From: Opitutales bacterium
Lineage (GTDB): Bacteria; Verrucomicrobiota; Verrucomicrobiia; Opitutales; UBA2987
Reading direction: 5' to 3'
NCBI GenBank assembly: GCA_965226885.1
Contig: CBDDEL010000016.1
Coordinates: 64,001 to 128,000, forward strand
DNA length: 64,000 bases
The translations under genes were made by a program, and so were the position numbers. Below the pieces are notes generated by a model that saw nothing but the letters and a program-made list of their open reading frames with translations, was not told the DNA's origin and did no database searches. Shown here piece by piece: positions 40,868-51,106 of this stretch. The stretch's first letter is position 1. Each line of letters begins with the position of its first letter.

Positions 40868-43429
40868 TTAATTGTTCGGTAATTCCTCCAGAAACCGCCT
40901 CATCTGGCTGCCCGGCAGGTAACCACGAGCCGGATATAACCAAACCTGCGCTATTTTTAGCAATAAATTTTGTTCGTAAAGAAAGAAATCTCCCGGAATG
41001 GGTCCATCTAAGTTTTGGTTCATTAATCCAAAAGCAAGACGTTGATTCCGGTAAATGTTAAGGGGCAGCAGAAAATCGTCCTGAGATTCTAAAAGCAGTT
41101 GGGGGAAGGATTTCTCCGGTTGCCGAAGGTAATTGAGTAGGGAATTTCCCTCAGCCTCACTCAAGGGTTCGCCCATCGCCCTGAGTTTCGCCGCTTCTAA
41201 CCAACGGGACCCTTTTTCAGGTTCTTTCCACGCCTTATAAGCCAGTAGAATGGGTGCGGAGAATGCCCGCTTTTTCCAATAATTTTTATCTTCTGTCTCT
41301 TCGCCCTCAAGCAATGAACCAAAAAATCGTGTTTGCGCATAGGGGCCGGAAGCGAATGCCCCAAAATCAAATGACTCGCCCCACCACCATTGGGTGAGCG
41401 CTTCCGCTTCACTTAAGCTTTGCCGGTTTTTCGCACTCAAATTACCCTGCCTGTCGACGGTTGAATAGTATTCCCATAACCTGGTTTTCACTCCCGGAAG
41501 AACGGCAGAAAAATTAGGCGCTTTCCATAAAATAAGGGTGGCAAATTGAGGCTGGGACAAACACTCGAGGGCCAATGCGTTAAGGGCGGCATCGGCCAGG
41601 CCTGTTTTTTTCAGAGCCAAAGCTAAACCAAAATAAACCCCGCGTTTCCCCGGATTGATTTCTGCGGCCCTGCGAAAATGATAAGCCGACCGCTCGGGAT
41701 CGGAGTCCAGGTTCAGCCATCCCAGATTGTAATGGCAAAACTCCTGAACCTCATAAAGCGCCAGGGAACTCTCCCAAAATCCGTAAGCCCTATCGAAGAA
41801 GATTTTTTCCAGCAGCAAAAACTGGCCCCGGTGTCGGGCTTCGGCCGCTAGCCAACCCAGGTAATTGTAAAAATAAGGCTCACTCGACGACCATTTTTCA
41901 GTCTCGTCGATAGAGGTGAGAAAGGCCTGACCGTCATTGTTCTGAAATGCCACTAGGGCGGCCCGTACGCCGCTGCGGGCTTGAAAAAGGCTGTATTGTT
42001 TCCACCCGAAAGCGGCGCAGAGGACAATCAGAGCAAGGCCGGTTCCAATCCTGACGGTTTTTCTGATTTTAATAGATCCCAAATTCTCTTTCTCGGTTAA
42101 TTCATTTAGCCTCAAAGCCGAAAACAGGCCGCCGTAAATGGCCAGCATTCCGGAGATAAAATAAATATCGAGTTGGGAATCAGTGAGTGAAAACAGCAAA
42201 TAAGCTCCAACCCCGAGACCTGTTCCATGAAGGACCAGAAGCCGGTTTTTATTTCTTTGCCATTCCCCTTCAGCATGATTGAAACTGAGCCGCCGCCAGG
42301 AATGAAAAAACGCAAATAATAGCCCGGCCGCGGCGAGGAGGCCCAGCGCCCCGAGATCGACCCATATTTGAAGAGGCGCGCAATGAAGCTGATAGGCATT
42401 GGAGAGATTTCCAGAACCATCCCAAAAAGCCGGATAATAAATGGACGTCGTTCCCGGGCCATTCCCCAAAAACGGATGCTCCATGCCCATTTTTAATCCA
42501 GTGGCAAGCAGGTTCAAGCGCGTATGATCGCCAACTTCAAATCCTTTTCCGCTGACAAAATGACCGATGGTGGTTCGCAACCGTGGTTGGGAAAAAACCA
42601 GTATAACCACCAGAATGATGGCTCCGGCCATTCCCAATTTGAACCGGCATCGGGTTTTTGCCTTTCCTTTTAAATAAAAAATGGCGCCACCCAACAAGGC
42701 GACCGCCGCCCCGCCCGTTCCAGCACGGCTACCGCTGCTCAACAAAGCAACCAGCCCCAAGATGGAAACCACCCTCCAGAACCACCGTCTTGGCCCGTCA
42801 ATGACAAGGCTCAGCGAAACAACCAAAGGCAGGGTCAGAAGGGAGTACCCGGCCGTATAGTTGGGGTGGCCAAATGGGTGGTTATTAGGTTCATTCAGTA
42901 AACTGACACTTTTGAATGAATACCCGGCCAGGGCATTAATACTGGATATAATTTCGCTTTCCGGACCCCAAAAGGTGGTTGCAACCCAAAGACTGAGGCT
43001 TCGAAAATAAAGCAAAAATGCAACAACACCCATCCCCTGAAAAAGGTTGAAGGCCAGCTTTTCCGGCCGCTCCGAATTTCGCACAAGGCAATGCGTCGTA
43101 TAACCGAGGCAGAGAGCTGAAACTGGAACTATCAAATTCAAAGCAACCCGGTCGGAAAATTCGGTTAAAAAGCAGGATGAGCCAAAAGCTACCATCAATA
43201 GAAGAACTGCCGGGCTGAAACCGTTAAACCGGATCATTTTTCCATCTCGACTATTAACGAGACAGAGCAAAGCCGTCAGCATCGACAGCACCAGCGCGAA
43301 TTGATAAACACCGGTCCAGGGCCAACGGTAGAGATTGACAGCCCCATCGGCGGGCATGGCCAACAGGGCGAATACCAACAAATTAAGAAGATAAAGGATT
43401 CTGAAAAAAGAACTCCTGGCAAAAACCAT
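40868..43429 (-). CDS. O-antigen ligase (Wzy_C) family protein with a C-terminal TPR region
   Basis: PFGHPNYTAGY, SSGSRAG, HPFLGNGPG, HCAPLQIWVDLG; TPR-like YNLGWLN and YFGLALAL. Confidence 0.85.
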   Translation of the reverse strand: MVFARSSFFRILYLLNLLVFALLAMPADGAVNLYRWPWTGVYQFALVLSMLTALLCLVNSRDGKMIRFNGFSPAVLLLMVAFGSSCFLTEFSDRVALNLIVPVSALCLGYTTHCLVRNSERPEKLAFNLFQGMGVVAFLLYFRSLSLWVATTFWGPESEIISSINALAGYSFKSVSLLNEPNNHPFGHPNYTAGYSLLTLPLVVSLSLVIDGPRRWFWRVVSILGLVALLSSGSRAGTGGAAVALLGGAIFYLKGKAKTRCRFKLGMAGAIILVVILVFSQPRLRTTIGHFVSGKGFEVGDHTRLNLLATGLKMGMEHPFLGNGPGTTSIYYPAFWDGSGNLSNAYQLHCAPLQIWVDLGALGLLAAAGLLFAFFHSWRRLSFNHAEGEWQRNKNRLLVLHGTGLGVGAYLLFSLTDSQLDIYFISGMLAIYGGLFSALRLNELTEKENLGSIKIRKTVRIGTGLALIVLCAAFGWKQYSLFQARSGVRAALVAFQNNDGQAFLTSIDETEKWSSSEPYFYNYLGWLAAEARHRGQFLLLEKIFFDRAYGFWESSLALYEVQEFCHYNLGWLNLDSDPERSAYHFRRAAEINPGKRGVYFGLALALKKTGLADAALNALALECLSQPQFATLILWKAPNFSAVLPGVKTRLWEYYSTVDRQGNLSAKNRQSLSEAEALTQWWWGESFDFGAFASGPYAQTRFFGSLLEGEETEDKNYWKKRAFSAPILLAYKAWKEPEKGSRWLEAAKLRAMGEPLSEAEGNSLLNYLRQPEKSFPQLLLESQDDFLLPLNIYRNQRLAFGLMNQNLDGPIPGDFFLYEQNLLLKIAQVWLYPARGYLPGSQMRRFLEELPNN

Positions 43430-43576
43430 TGATCGCTCCTGTGGGGCCGGGACAAACCCGAACCGGTTCGCCTCAAGACGGTTGCAATTGTCGCATCGTG
43501 AGGGTCAATGACAAGTGAATTAACACGCCTCATTTTTGAGATTGCACTGCCAAGCCCATAAAATAGCGTTGGCCCA

Positions 43577-45080
43577 ATGTTTTCCGCAGGAAACTCGGGT
43601 CTATTCTCCGTCGACTCGTTGGCCCGCCGGGTCCCGCTGGTCATTCTCATAATGGCGGCGGCGGCATTGTTTTTTCTTCCCTTTCGCATTATCGGGCACG
43701 GTTATGCCCCCATGGACGACGCCCTGGCCATTTCGGCCAAAGTGACTTCCGGCAATTCGTGGAATGATATCCTGGCCATTCGCCCCGAGGTAAACCTGGA
43801 CCGCCATTATCAGCCCGGCTGGCATTTCCTCCTTTCGGCGGGGAAAACAATATTTTCACTGGAAACGGAAGGGGTTCTGCTTTTTTCGGTTGTCCTTATG
43901 TGGTGCCTGGCCGCCGTGGTGCCTGGCCGCCCTTCTGCCACTTTTTTATTTCAAACGGCCGGAGGCGTTTCTGGCTTCATTTTTATTATTCGGCCTGCTG
44001 GATCTCGACTTAATCTATCGGCTGTTGGTGGGCCGCGCATTTGGTTTTACCATCTTTGCCCTGGTCTCCTTTTGGGCGCTCTGGACTCAGGTGGTGGAGC
44101 AAAGGCGGTTAAAAGCATCGCTTGCCGCCATCGGCTTGTTGGCAGCGGGGTCAACATGGGTGCATGGCGCATGGTACCTGCTGGCGCTGCCGGTGGGCGC
44201 TACCTTGTTTTCCGGCAACTGGCGGGCTTCCGCCAGGTTTGCCGGGGCCATCGCAGTGGGAATTTTTGCCGGGGCATTGATTACCTTGCATCCTTTCGAA
44301 CACCTCTGGCATCAGGCCCACAACCTTCTCGGCGTCATTTTCAAAACCGATTCACTGCAAAACCCGGTAGGTGAATTTCAACCCAATCCGGTGCGTATTC
44401 CACTCGTCCTTTTTTTCTCCCTCCACATGCTCATGCGTCTTTTCAACCGGGACTGGAAAGGCGTTCCCCTCAATCATCCGGCATTTCTGCTGGGCCTCAT
44501 CTGCTGGATATTGGGTCTCAAAATAGCCCGCTTCTGGTATGATTGGGGAATGCCCTCGATGGTTTTCTGGTATGCCCTCGAATGGCAAAAAATATTGGAA
44601 ATCCGGGTCCTTCACAACGCCTGGCAAAGGATGCTGTTTTCCCTTTTGCTTTGCCTGGCCTTTTACACCGCCCTGGGCCATAACCAGTTTAATCGCTGGT
44701 CCGTCAACACCACCCTGGATTATTCTTATTTGAAAGAAAGCAATGCCTTCCAAGACTGGCTGCCGGGGGAAAACGGCCTCGTTTACTCCAACAGCATGGG
44801 TGTATTTTTCAATTTTTCACACCTCTTTCCCGATTCTTCCTGGAGATACGTCCTCGGCCTGGAGCCCGCCCACATGAGCAAGGAAAACGTGCAGGTTTTC
44901 CGCGCCTACCGGAAAAATCGCGACCTCCGCGACCTCCGCCCCTGGGCCGACAAGCTGCGCCCCCAGGACCGCCTCATTCTCTTCACCGGGCCCGCCAAAA
45001 CACCCCCGCTGCCCCAACTCAAATGGCAATTCCTCCCCCCCAAATGCTGGATAGGAAAAACACCGGAAAGTCCCAACTAA
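43577..45080 (+). pseudogene. Polytopic membrane protein (GT-C-like) frameshifted by a 16-bp tandem duplication
   Basis: GTGGTGCCTGGCCGCC twice at 43900-43931; removing one copy joins ORFs 43577 and 43890 (LMWCLAALLPLFYFKRPEAF). DD motif after TM1. Confidence 0.8.
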
Positions 45081-45153
45081 TACCAATGGCCGTTATTCGC
45101 TATAATTTTCAAGGATGATAATAACGATTATTAGGCGCTCATGCTTATCGGTT

Positions 45154-46481
45154 TGATGTGCACTGGAAAAAGTGGACACGAGATTCTCCTAAATGGAGAA
45201 TCGAAGCATGGGAAGAAGACGCTTTAGTATAGAGTTCAAAAATGAGGCAGTTCAACTGATGATACTCGATGGTCTGAGCGCCACCGAGGTATCGACCAAA
45301 CTTGGGGTCAACACCAACCAATTGTATAGGTGGAAGAGGCTCTATCTGGACGATCAGCAGGGCGAAGCCACCTCAAAGCGACAGAGCAGTCCGAAGGAGA
45401 TGGCGGCCGAGATAGATCGTCTTCGCAAAGAGCTGCGCCGCTCGGAGCGGATCAACCAGATACTAAAAAAAACGGTGGGCTACTTTGCCAAGGACGAACA
45501 ATGAAGTACCAGTTTGTCAAAGACAACGAGGGGCGCTTCAAGATCGAGGAAATATGCTCGGCGATGGGGATTTGTCGCAGTGGCTATTACTGCTGGAGGC
45601 ACCGAGCGCCCTCGGCCCGGCGGATCGAGGACGAGGGAATCAAGGGGGCGATCCTGAAGGTACACAAAGAGGCCAAGGGCCGCTATGGGCATCGGCCAAT
45701 GCACCGCCATCTGAAGGATGATGAGGGCATCGATTGCGGCCGTGACCGGGCTCTGCGTCTGATGCGTGAAATGGGAATCAAAAGCACCCAGAGTAAACGC
45801 TTTAAGCCATTAAAAACCAACAGTAACCATCCCTATGGTTACAGCCCCAATGTGCTTAAAAAGCATGGCCAGCCGACCCATATCGACGAGGTCTGGGTGG
45901 CGGACACGACCTACCTACGGACCCTGGCCGGTTGGATGTACTTGGCCACGGTGATGGACCTGTTCAGCCGACGCCTGCTGGGCTGGAGCGTTTCCAACCA
46001 CAACGACGCGAAGCTGGTTGGCAAGGCCCTCAAAGCCGCGGCCATGACCCGCGGCACACTGCGCACCGGGATTATTCATCACAGCGATCGGGGCAGCCCC
46101 TACGGCAGCGACGACTATCAGAGGCTGGTCTCTGAACTAGGCATGAAGCCGAGCATGAGCGCCCAAGGCAACTGCTACGACAACGCGGCCATGGAATCGT
46201 TCTACGGCCGCTTCAAGACCAGCACGATTCGAGGCCGCCACTTTGCCGACGAGCGCGAACTGCGATCAACTGTCTTCGAATACGTGGAAATCTTCTACAA
46301 CCGATATCGCAAACATTCCTCTCTGAGTTACCAAAGCCCAGTCCAATTCGAGGAAAATATTTGCCCCCCATGGGGGGCAACGAGAAAACAAAACCCTTTA
46401 CCAAAACAAGCCGCCTGACACACTAATCAATAAACAATGAATATAAGAGAATCCCGTGTCCAACAAATCCAGTACACGTCA
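45154..46481 (+). mobile_element. IS3-family element copy 2, intact, 1328 bp, TSD GTT (orfA 45193-45504; orfB 45501-46418)
   Basis: Same IRs as 19061-20390; GTT at 45151-45153 and 46482-46484; WVADTTY, HHSDRGS and DNAAMESF motifs. Confidence 0.95.
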
Positions 46482-46487
46482 GTTTTA

Positions 46488-46512
46488 TAATGTGCACTGG
46501 AAAAAGTGGACA
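46488..46512 (+). repeat. Solo IRL of the same IS3 element
   Basis: TAATGTGCACTGGAAAAAGTGGACA, 24/25 match to IRL, 6 bp from the IRR. Confidence 0.85.
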
Positions 46513-46592
46513 TCATTTTTGGGATTATATGAACTTGAAACTGGTTGAAATTAAAATTTGCCTTAACAACTTTTAGTTTAAATTAGATTCCC

Positions 46593-47684
46593 ATGAAAAA
46601 TATCCTTGTTGCCATGTCCGGTGGCGTGGACAGCGCCGTGACCGCCCTGCTTTTGCGCAATCAGGGCCTTGCCGTGACCGGCGCTTATATTAGGACATGG
46701 ATAAGCGAGGAAGAGGTGTTTTCCGACTGCCCCTGGCAACGGGAAATTGAGGATGCCCGCACCGTGGCCGAGACCATCGGGATCGATTTCCGCGTCCTTA
46801 ACTTCATCCGGGAGTATCATGAAAAAGTAGTCCACTACATGGTCGAGGGATACCGAAACGGAACCACTCCCAATCCCGATGCCATCTGCAACCGGGAAAT
46901 GAAATTCGGCGTCTTCCTCGATTATGCTCTCAGCCACGGGTATGACGGCGTCGCCACGGGGCATTATTGCAGAATCGCCCACAACACCGGCGGAGGGCCG
47001 GAATTGCTGGAAGGTTTCGATAAAAACAAAGACCAATCCTATTTTCTGGCCCTGGTCCGGCCGGAGCAATTGAAACGCGTCCTTTTCCCCATCGGCGAAT
47101 TAACCAAACCGGAAGTGCGGGAACTGGCCCGCGATGCCCGCCTGCCAAACGCCGAAAAAAAAGACAGCCAGGGCATCTGTTTTTTGGGCAAGGTGCACAT
47201 CGCCGATTTTCTCTCCGGCTACATCGAAGACCAACCCGGAGAAATCGTTAGCGCCCGTGGGCGCGTCCTCGGTCGCCATGGCGGTCTGCACAAATTCACC
47301 CTCGGACAGCGCCGCGGAATCGGAATCCCCTCCAACACCGACCACCAGGCCTACGTTGTGGTGGCCAAAGATTCCGCCAAAAACCGGCTCGTAGTGGAAT
47401 TCGACAAACCCGCCTCCCCCCGCCTCTACACGAACACCTGGATGCTGCAAGACCTCAACTTTCTTCATTCTCCACCGGAAAATGGTTCCACCCTATTGGC
47501 CCGGCCCCGCTACCGTGACCCGGCCACCCCGATTACTTTCAACCGGGATAAAAAAGACTCCGCTACAGCCACGGTGCATTTCCATAAATCCCAGCGGGCC
47601 ATCGCCCACGGCCAGGTCTGCGCCCTCTACCAAGGAGAAAAACTCCTCGGCGGCGGCATCTTCACTGAAACCACAGCGTTTTAA
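46593..47684 (+). CDS. mnmA: tRNA 2-thiouridine(34) synthase
   Basis: AMSGGVDS, PNPDAICN, ATGHY, KDQSYFL, DSQGICF. Confidence 0.97.
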   Translation: MKNILVAMSGGVDSAVTALLLRNQGLAVTGAYIRTWISEEEVFSDCPWQREIEDARTVAETIGIDFRVLNFIREYHEKVVHYMVEGYRNGTTPNPDAICNREMKFGVFLDYALSHGYDGVATGHYCRIAHNTGGGPELLEGFDKNKDQSYFLALVRPEQLKRVLFPIGELTKPEVRELARDARLPNAEKKDSQGICFLGKVHIADFLSGYIEDQPGEIVSARGRVLGRHGGLHKFTLGQRRGIGIPSNTDHQAYVVVAKDSAKNRLVVEFDKPASPRLYTNTWMLQDLNFLHSPPENGSTLLARPRYRDPATPITFNRDKKDSATATVHFHKSQRAIAHGQVCALYQGEKLLGGGIFTETTAF

Positions 47685-47948
47685 TAGAACCTCTCAAATC
47701 GGAAATCCTGCATTTTATGTCGGCATACCGGCAATTTATGGCGATTACACTTTGAGTCGATGTCCAAACACCAGATACCCGATACTGGATATCGTTTATA
47801 ATCAAATGATTGTGGAACAGATAGAAACTGGCATTGTCCTAGCTATATTACCCACTAAATCCATTGCGACAAACCCAAAAACTGGCAGATAATGAATACA
47901 GATACTTATACAGGCAAAAAAAGCGTTTATTCTTCCAATCCTTTCCAC

Positions 47949-48443
47949 ATGGAACGGTCAATGACCACACGCGTTCTTGTATTACTGATCGTTGGAATCG
48001 CCGCTAGCTTAAGTGCGGAGACTCTAACCTCTCCGGTGTTTAGCATCGACGTGGCGACCGATTGGAAACACCGTATTGAGGAACGCGCGCCCGTGTCGGA
48101 TGGATGGGATGATCTGATTAGCATCTATCGGCCAGATGGGGTTGGCATACTGAATATTCAACCCTTCATCGCACCAGGTGACTTCAGTAAGGCCCGCCTG
48201 CGACTCCTGACCAATGTAGAAGCATCAACGCAGCTTACGTGGCATGAAGGGGAAGATTTTTCGGGCTACCAGCACAGTTATACCGAAAACGGATCATTCT
48301 ATAAGCAATGGTGGCTTACGAATGAACGAAAAATACTCTTCATCGTCTACACGTGCGATGCTGACGCGCAGCCAATTGAAATCGAGGTTGAAATCGAAGC
48401 GATAGACAAGATGGTCAACTCAATCAAGCTGAACCGGTCCTGA
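47949..48443 (+). CDS. Hypothetical secreted protein
   Basis: Signal-peptide-like MTTRVLVLLIVGIAASLSA; beta-rich body with a C-terminal helix; start uncertain. Confidence 0.6.
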   Translation: MERSMTTRVLVLLIVGIAASLSAETLTSPVFSIDVATDWKHRIEERAPVSDGWDDLISIYRPDGVGILNIQPFIAPGDFSKARLRLLTNVEASTQLTWHEGEDFSGYQHSYTENGSFYKQWWLTNERKILFIVYTCDADAQPIEIEVEIEAIDKMVNSIKLNRS

Positions 48444-48508
48444 CCAAACGGCTTTGAAAGCAACGTCAATCCATACTTTGCTGCCGCCTACAGTACAAAA
48501 ACCGATTT

Positions 48509-48994
48509 TCACACTTTGACCTTTAATCCACCCATTGAGCAGACTATTTCAAAATGCTTTTTGGTCACGTCTTGGATGGAGAGGCGCTGGAATCTTTGCA
48601 CGACCCGCATACCTTCGAGTTCGGGGGTGGCTTTCATTTCCCGCAGGCTGACGTAGGTTTTGAACTTCTTTTTCCATTTGATATCGACGGCATACCATTG
48701 CGGTTTTTCGGACGACGATTTGGGGTCGTAATACTTATGCTTTTTATCGAAAGCCGATGGGTCCGCATAACCCACGCGCACAATTTCAGCCAATCCCGGC
48801 ACACCCGGAGTATCGCAATTGGATTGATAAAAGAGGACCGCATCCCCCAGCTTCATCTCGTCCCGCATAAAATTGCGCGCCTGGTAATTGCGAACCCCTC
48901 TCCACTTACCAATGCTCTTGGGCCTGTCATGCTTCAACTCATAAAAAGAGCAAGCCTCCAATTCGCATTTCATGAGCCAGAATTTTCGCGCCAT
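48509..48994 (-). CDS. EVE-domain protein
   Basis: FWLMKCE, WRGVRNYQARNFMRD, GDAVLFY, YYDPKS, QRLSIQ. Confidence 0.92.
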   Translation of the reverse strand: MARKFWLMKCELEACSFYELKHDRPKSIGKWRGVRNYQARNFMRDEMKLGDAVLFYQSNCDTPGVPGLAEIVRVGYADPSAFDKKHKYYDPKSSSEKPQWYAVDIKWKKKFKTYVSLREMKATPELEGMRVVQRFQRLSIQDVTKKHFEIVCSMGGLKVKV

Positions 48995-48999
48995 AGTTA

Positions 49000-51067
49000 G
49001 AGGCTGTCCCAAAAGGGTGATTTTTGCGAGGGCTTTTGATAGGCGCTCATTTTAGAGGTATTTGCATTTGGGAGAGTATCAACTTTGCTCTCCTATGACG
49101 TTAGGATGCTGGTTTTGGGGTCCGGTTGCCTGGTTTTCTTTGTATGAGCCGACAGTAAGGCTGTGAAAAAGTATTGTCCTTGCTTTTCCGCTCTCTAGCC
49201 CGGATATTTCATGAAGGGTAAAGTTTGGCTCGTTATTGCTATTGGAGATGGATTTCTTTGTATTTTGAGCAGATCGTCTTGATTTTTAGGTGTTTTTCAG
49301 GGTGTAGAGACACTGCCCCCTTTCCCCCATTGGTTCGGTAGTGCCGGGGGCAGCACCAATGCACCCTTTAGGTTGGCACCAATCGGCGGGCCGCATGGTT
49401 GAAAAGACTGGCCCAAGGATAACTCTCACTTAGGTGAAAGTGAATCGTTCGGGTGTTGCGCACGATGACCGCTCCGATCTTGATTAATTTGAGCCGCAGG
49501 GTGTGGCATTGGGCCCGCGCCCACTTCGTCCCTTTTAAGGCTAACCGGCGCATGGCTTCCATCAAGGTGTAGGCCAGCGCCGACAAGAGCAATCGCCACT
49601 GATTGGCCCACCATTGATGGGCGCTGGTGCGCTCGCTGAACAATTGCATCTGTTCCTTGATTCGGTTCTCCATTTCACCGCGGCCACAGTATACCTTGTC
49701 GTAAAGCTCCTGGGGATCGCCCGGCAGGTTCGTCACCACGAAGCGCGGGTTGGACCCCTGTGCGGTGTGTTCGGCTTTATGGATGACCAACCGCAGCCAT
49801 CGCCACGAATCGGCAGCATAGACGAAGTCCTGGAATAACCGTTGTTTTTTACCCCTTAGTTCGAACCATTTTTTGGCCTGCTTTTGCAACTGCTGGGCGT
49901 CTTGCTGCAAGCGTGCATTGCGAGCCATCCCCACGATGTAACTAACTTCGTTGCGGTCGCACCAAGAGAGTATCCGGTCTCGACAAAATCCACTGTCGGC
50001 GCGCCAAATAATCCGCGTACGGGGCCAGCTTTGGCGAATCCGTTTAACCAGCAATTTGAGGATGGCCCCGGCATGCTTGCTGGCATCGATCTTGCTCGGC
50101 CGCAGGTAGGCCACCAGCAGCTGATCACCGCAAAAAACATATAGCGGCAGAAAACAGTAATGATCATAATAACCGTGGAAAAAACGTCCCTCCTGGAGCC
50201 CGTGCACCGGATTGTCGGTGGCGTCAAAGTCCAGGATGATCTCTTCGGGTTCCTCGGCAAAGGAGCCCATGAACTGTTCGACCAACAGCTCGTTTACCGC
50301 AAAGGCCGCCCGCCGATCCTGCCCGTTTTCAAAACGACACAAAGTCGGCGCGCTGGCCAACGTTTCAATGCGCCCCGTTACCGTTTGCAACAATGGATCG
50401 TGGCGCAGGGTATCAAAGTCGTTCAAATCCTCATACCCCGCCACCAGCCCGTAAACGCGCTGCCGCAGCATCCCCAAGACCTCATGGCGTACTTTGCCCT
50501 TCTGCCGTTTGTCCACTAACTGTCGGGCCGCTCGTTCGGTCAAGCCCAACTGCCGATCCACTTCCCGGATCAAAAGCAGTCCGGCATCCGAAGTAACCTC
50601 TCCGCCCTTGAAATCAACCCGCACACGGCGGCCTTTTACCCTTGTCAACTGTAGCTTTAATTGTTTACCCTTTGTCATCGCTGATATTGCTTTAATTATT
50701 GATCTATCCTGCTGTATATCAGCAGTTAAGCATATCAACGATACTTTTTTTACGAAATATCCGGGTTAGACCCATTGGCTGCCACCCCTCCAAGGCCAGC
50801 TCAATGGCCTGCGATTCCACCTCCGAGTCGATCAGCAGCCGATCGATTCGATCAATGGTGGCGCGGAAGTTATCGTAATCGAGGCACCGGTCGACCACAG
50901 TTAAAGCTGGACGCAGGAGGCATTGGATGGCTATATTTTTCATAGAAAGGCTAACTCAATTATAGAACCCTTTTTTGGCCGGATCGAGCAAAAACTTGCT
51001 CTTTCCGGCTCTTTTTATCAACGTCATCCAGTTGACTATAAAATCTTTATATTTTTGGGACAGCCTC
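49000..51067 (-). mobile_element. ISNCY (ISDol1-like) copy 2, TSD TAGTTA, with most of the transposase replaced by a nested IS1380
   Basis: GAGGCTGTCCCAAAA IRs; TAGTTA at 48994-48999 and 51068-51073; only the 5' ~58 codons and the 3' UTR remain. Confidence 0.9.
49199..50765 (-). mobile_element. IS1380-family element (near-identical to 33263-34829), flanks CTAG/TTAG
   Basis: Same IRs and length (1567 bp); transposase differs at 3 residues. Confidence 0.96.
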
Positions 51068-51106
51068 TAGTTAATAACCCTTTTTCTTTAAATAGCTGGT
51101 GAACAC

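Noticed and set aside
47690..48500. Hypothetical secreted gene as another integron cassette
   Set aside because: No RYYYAAC...GTTRRRY attC structure could be found downstream.
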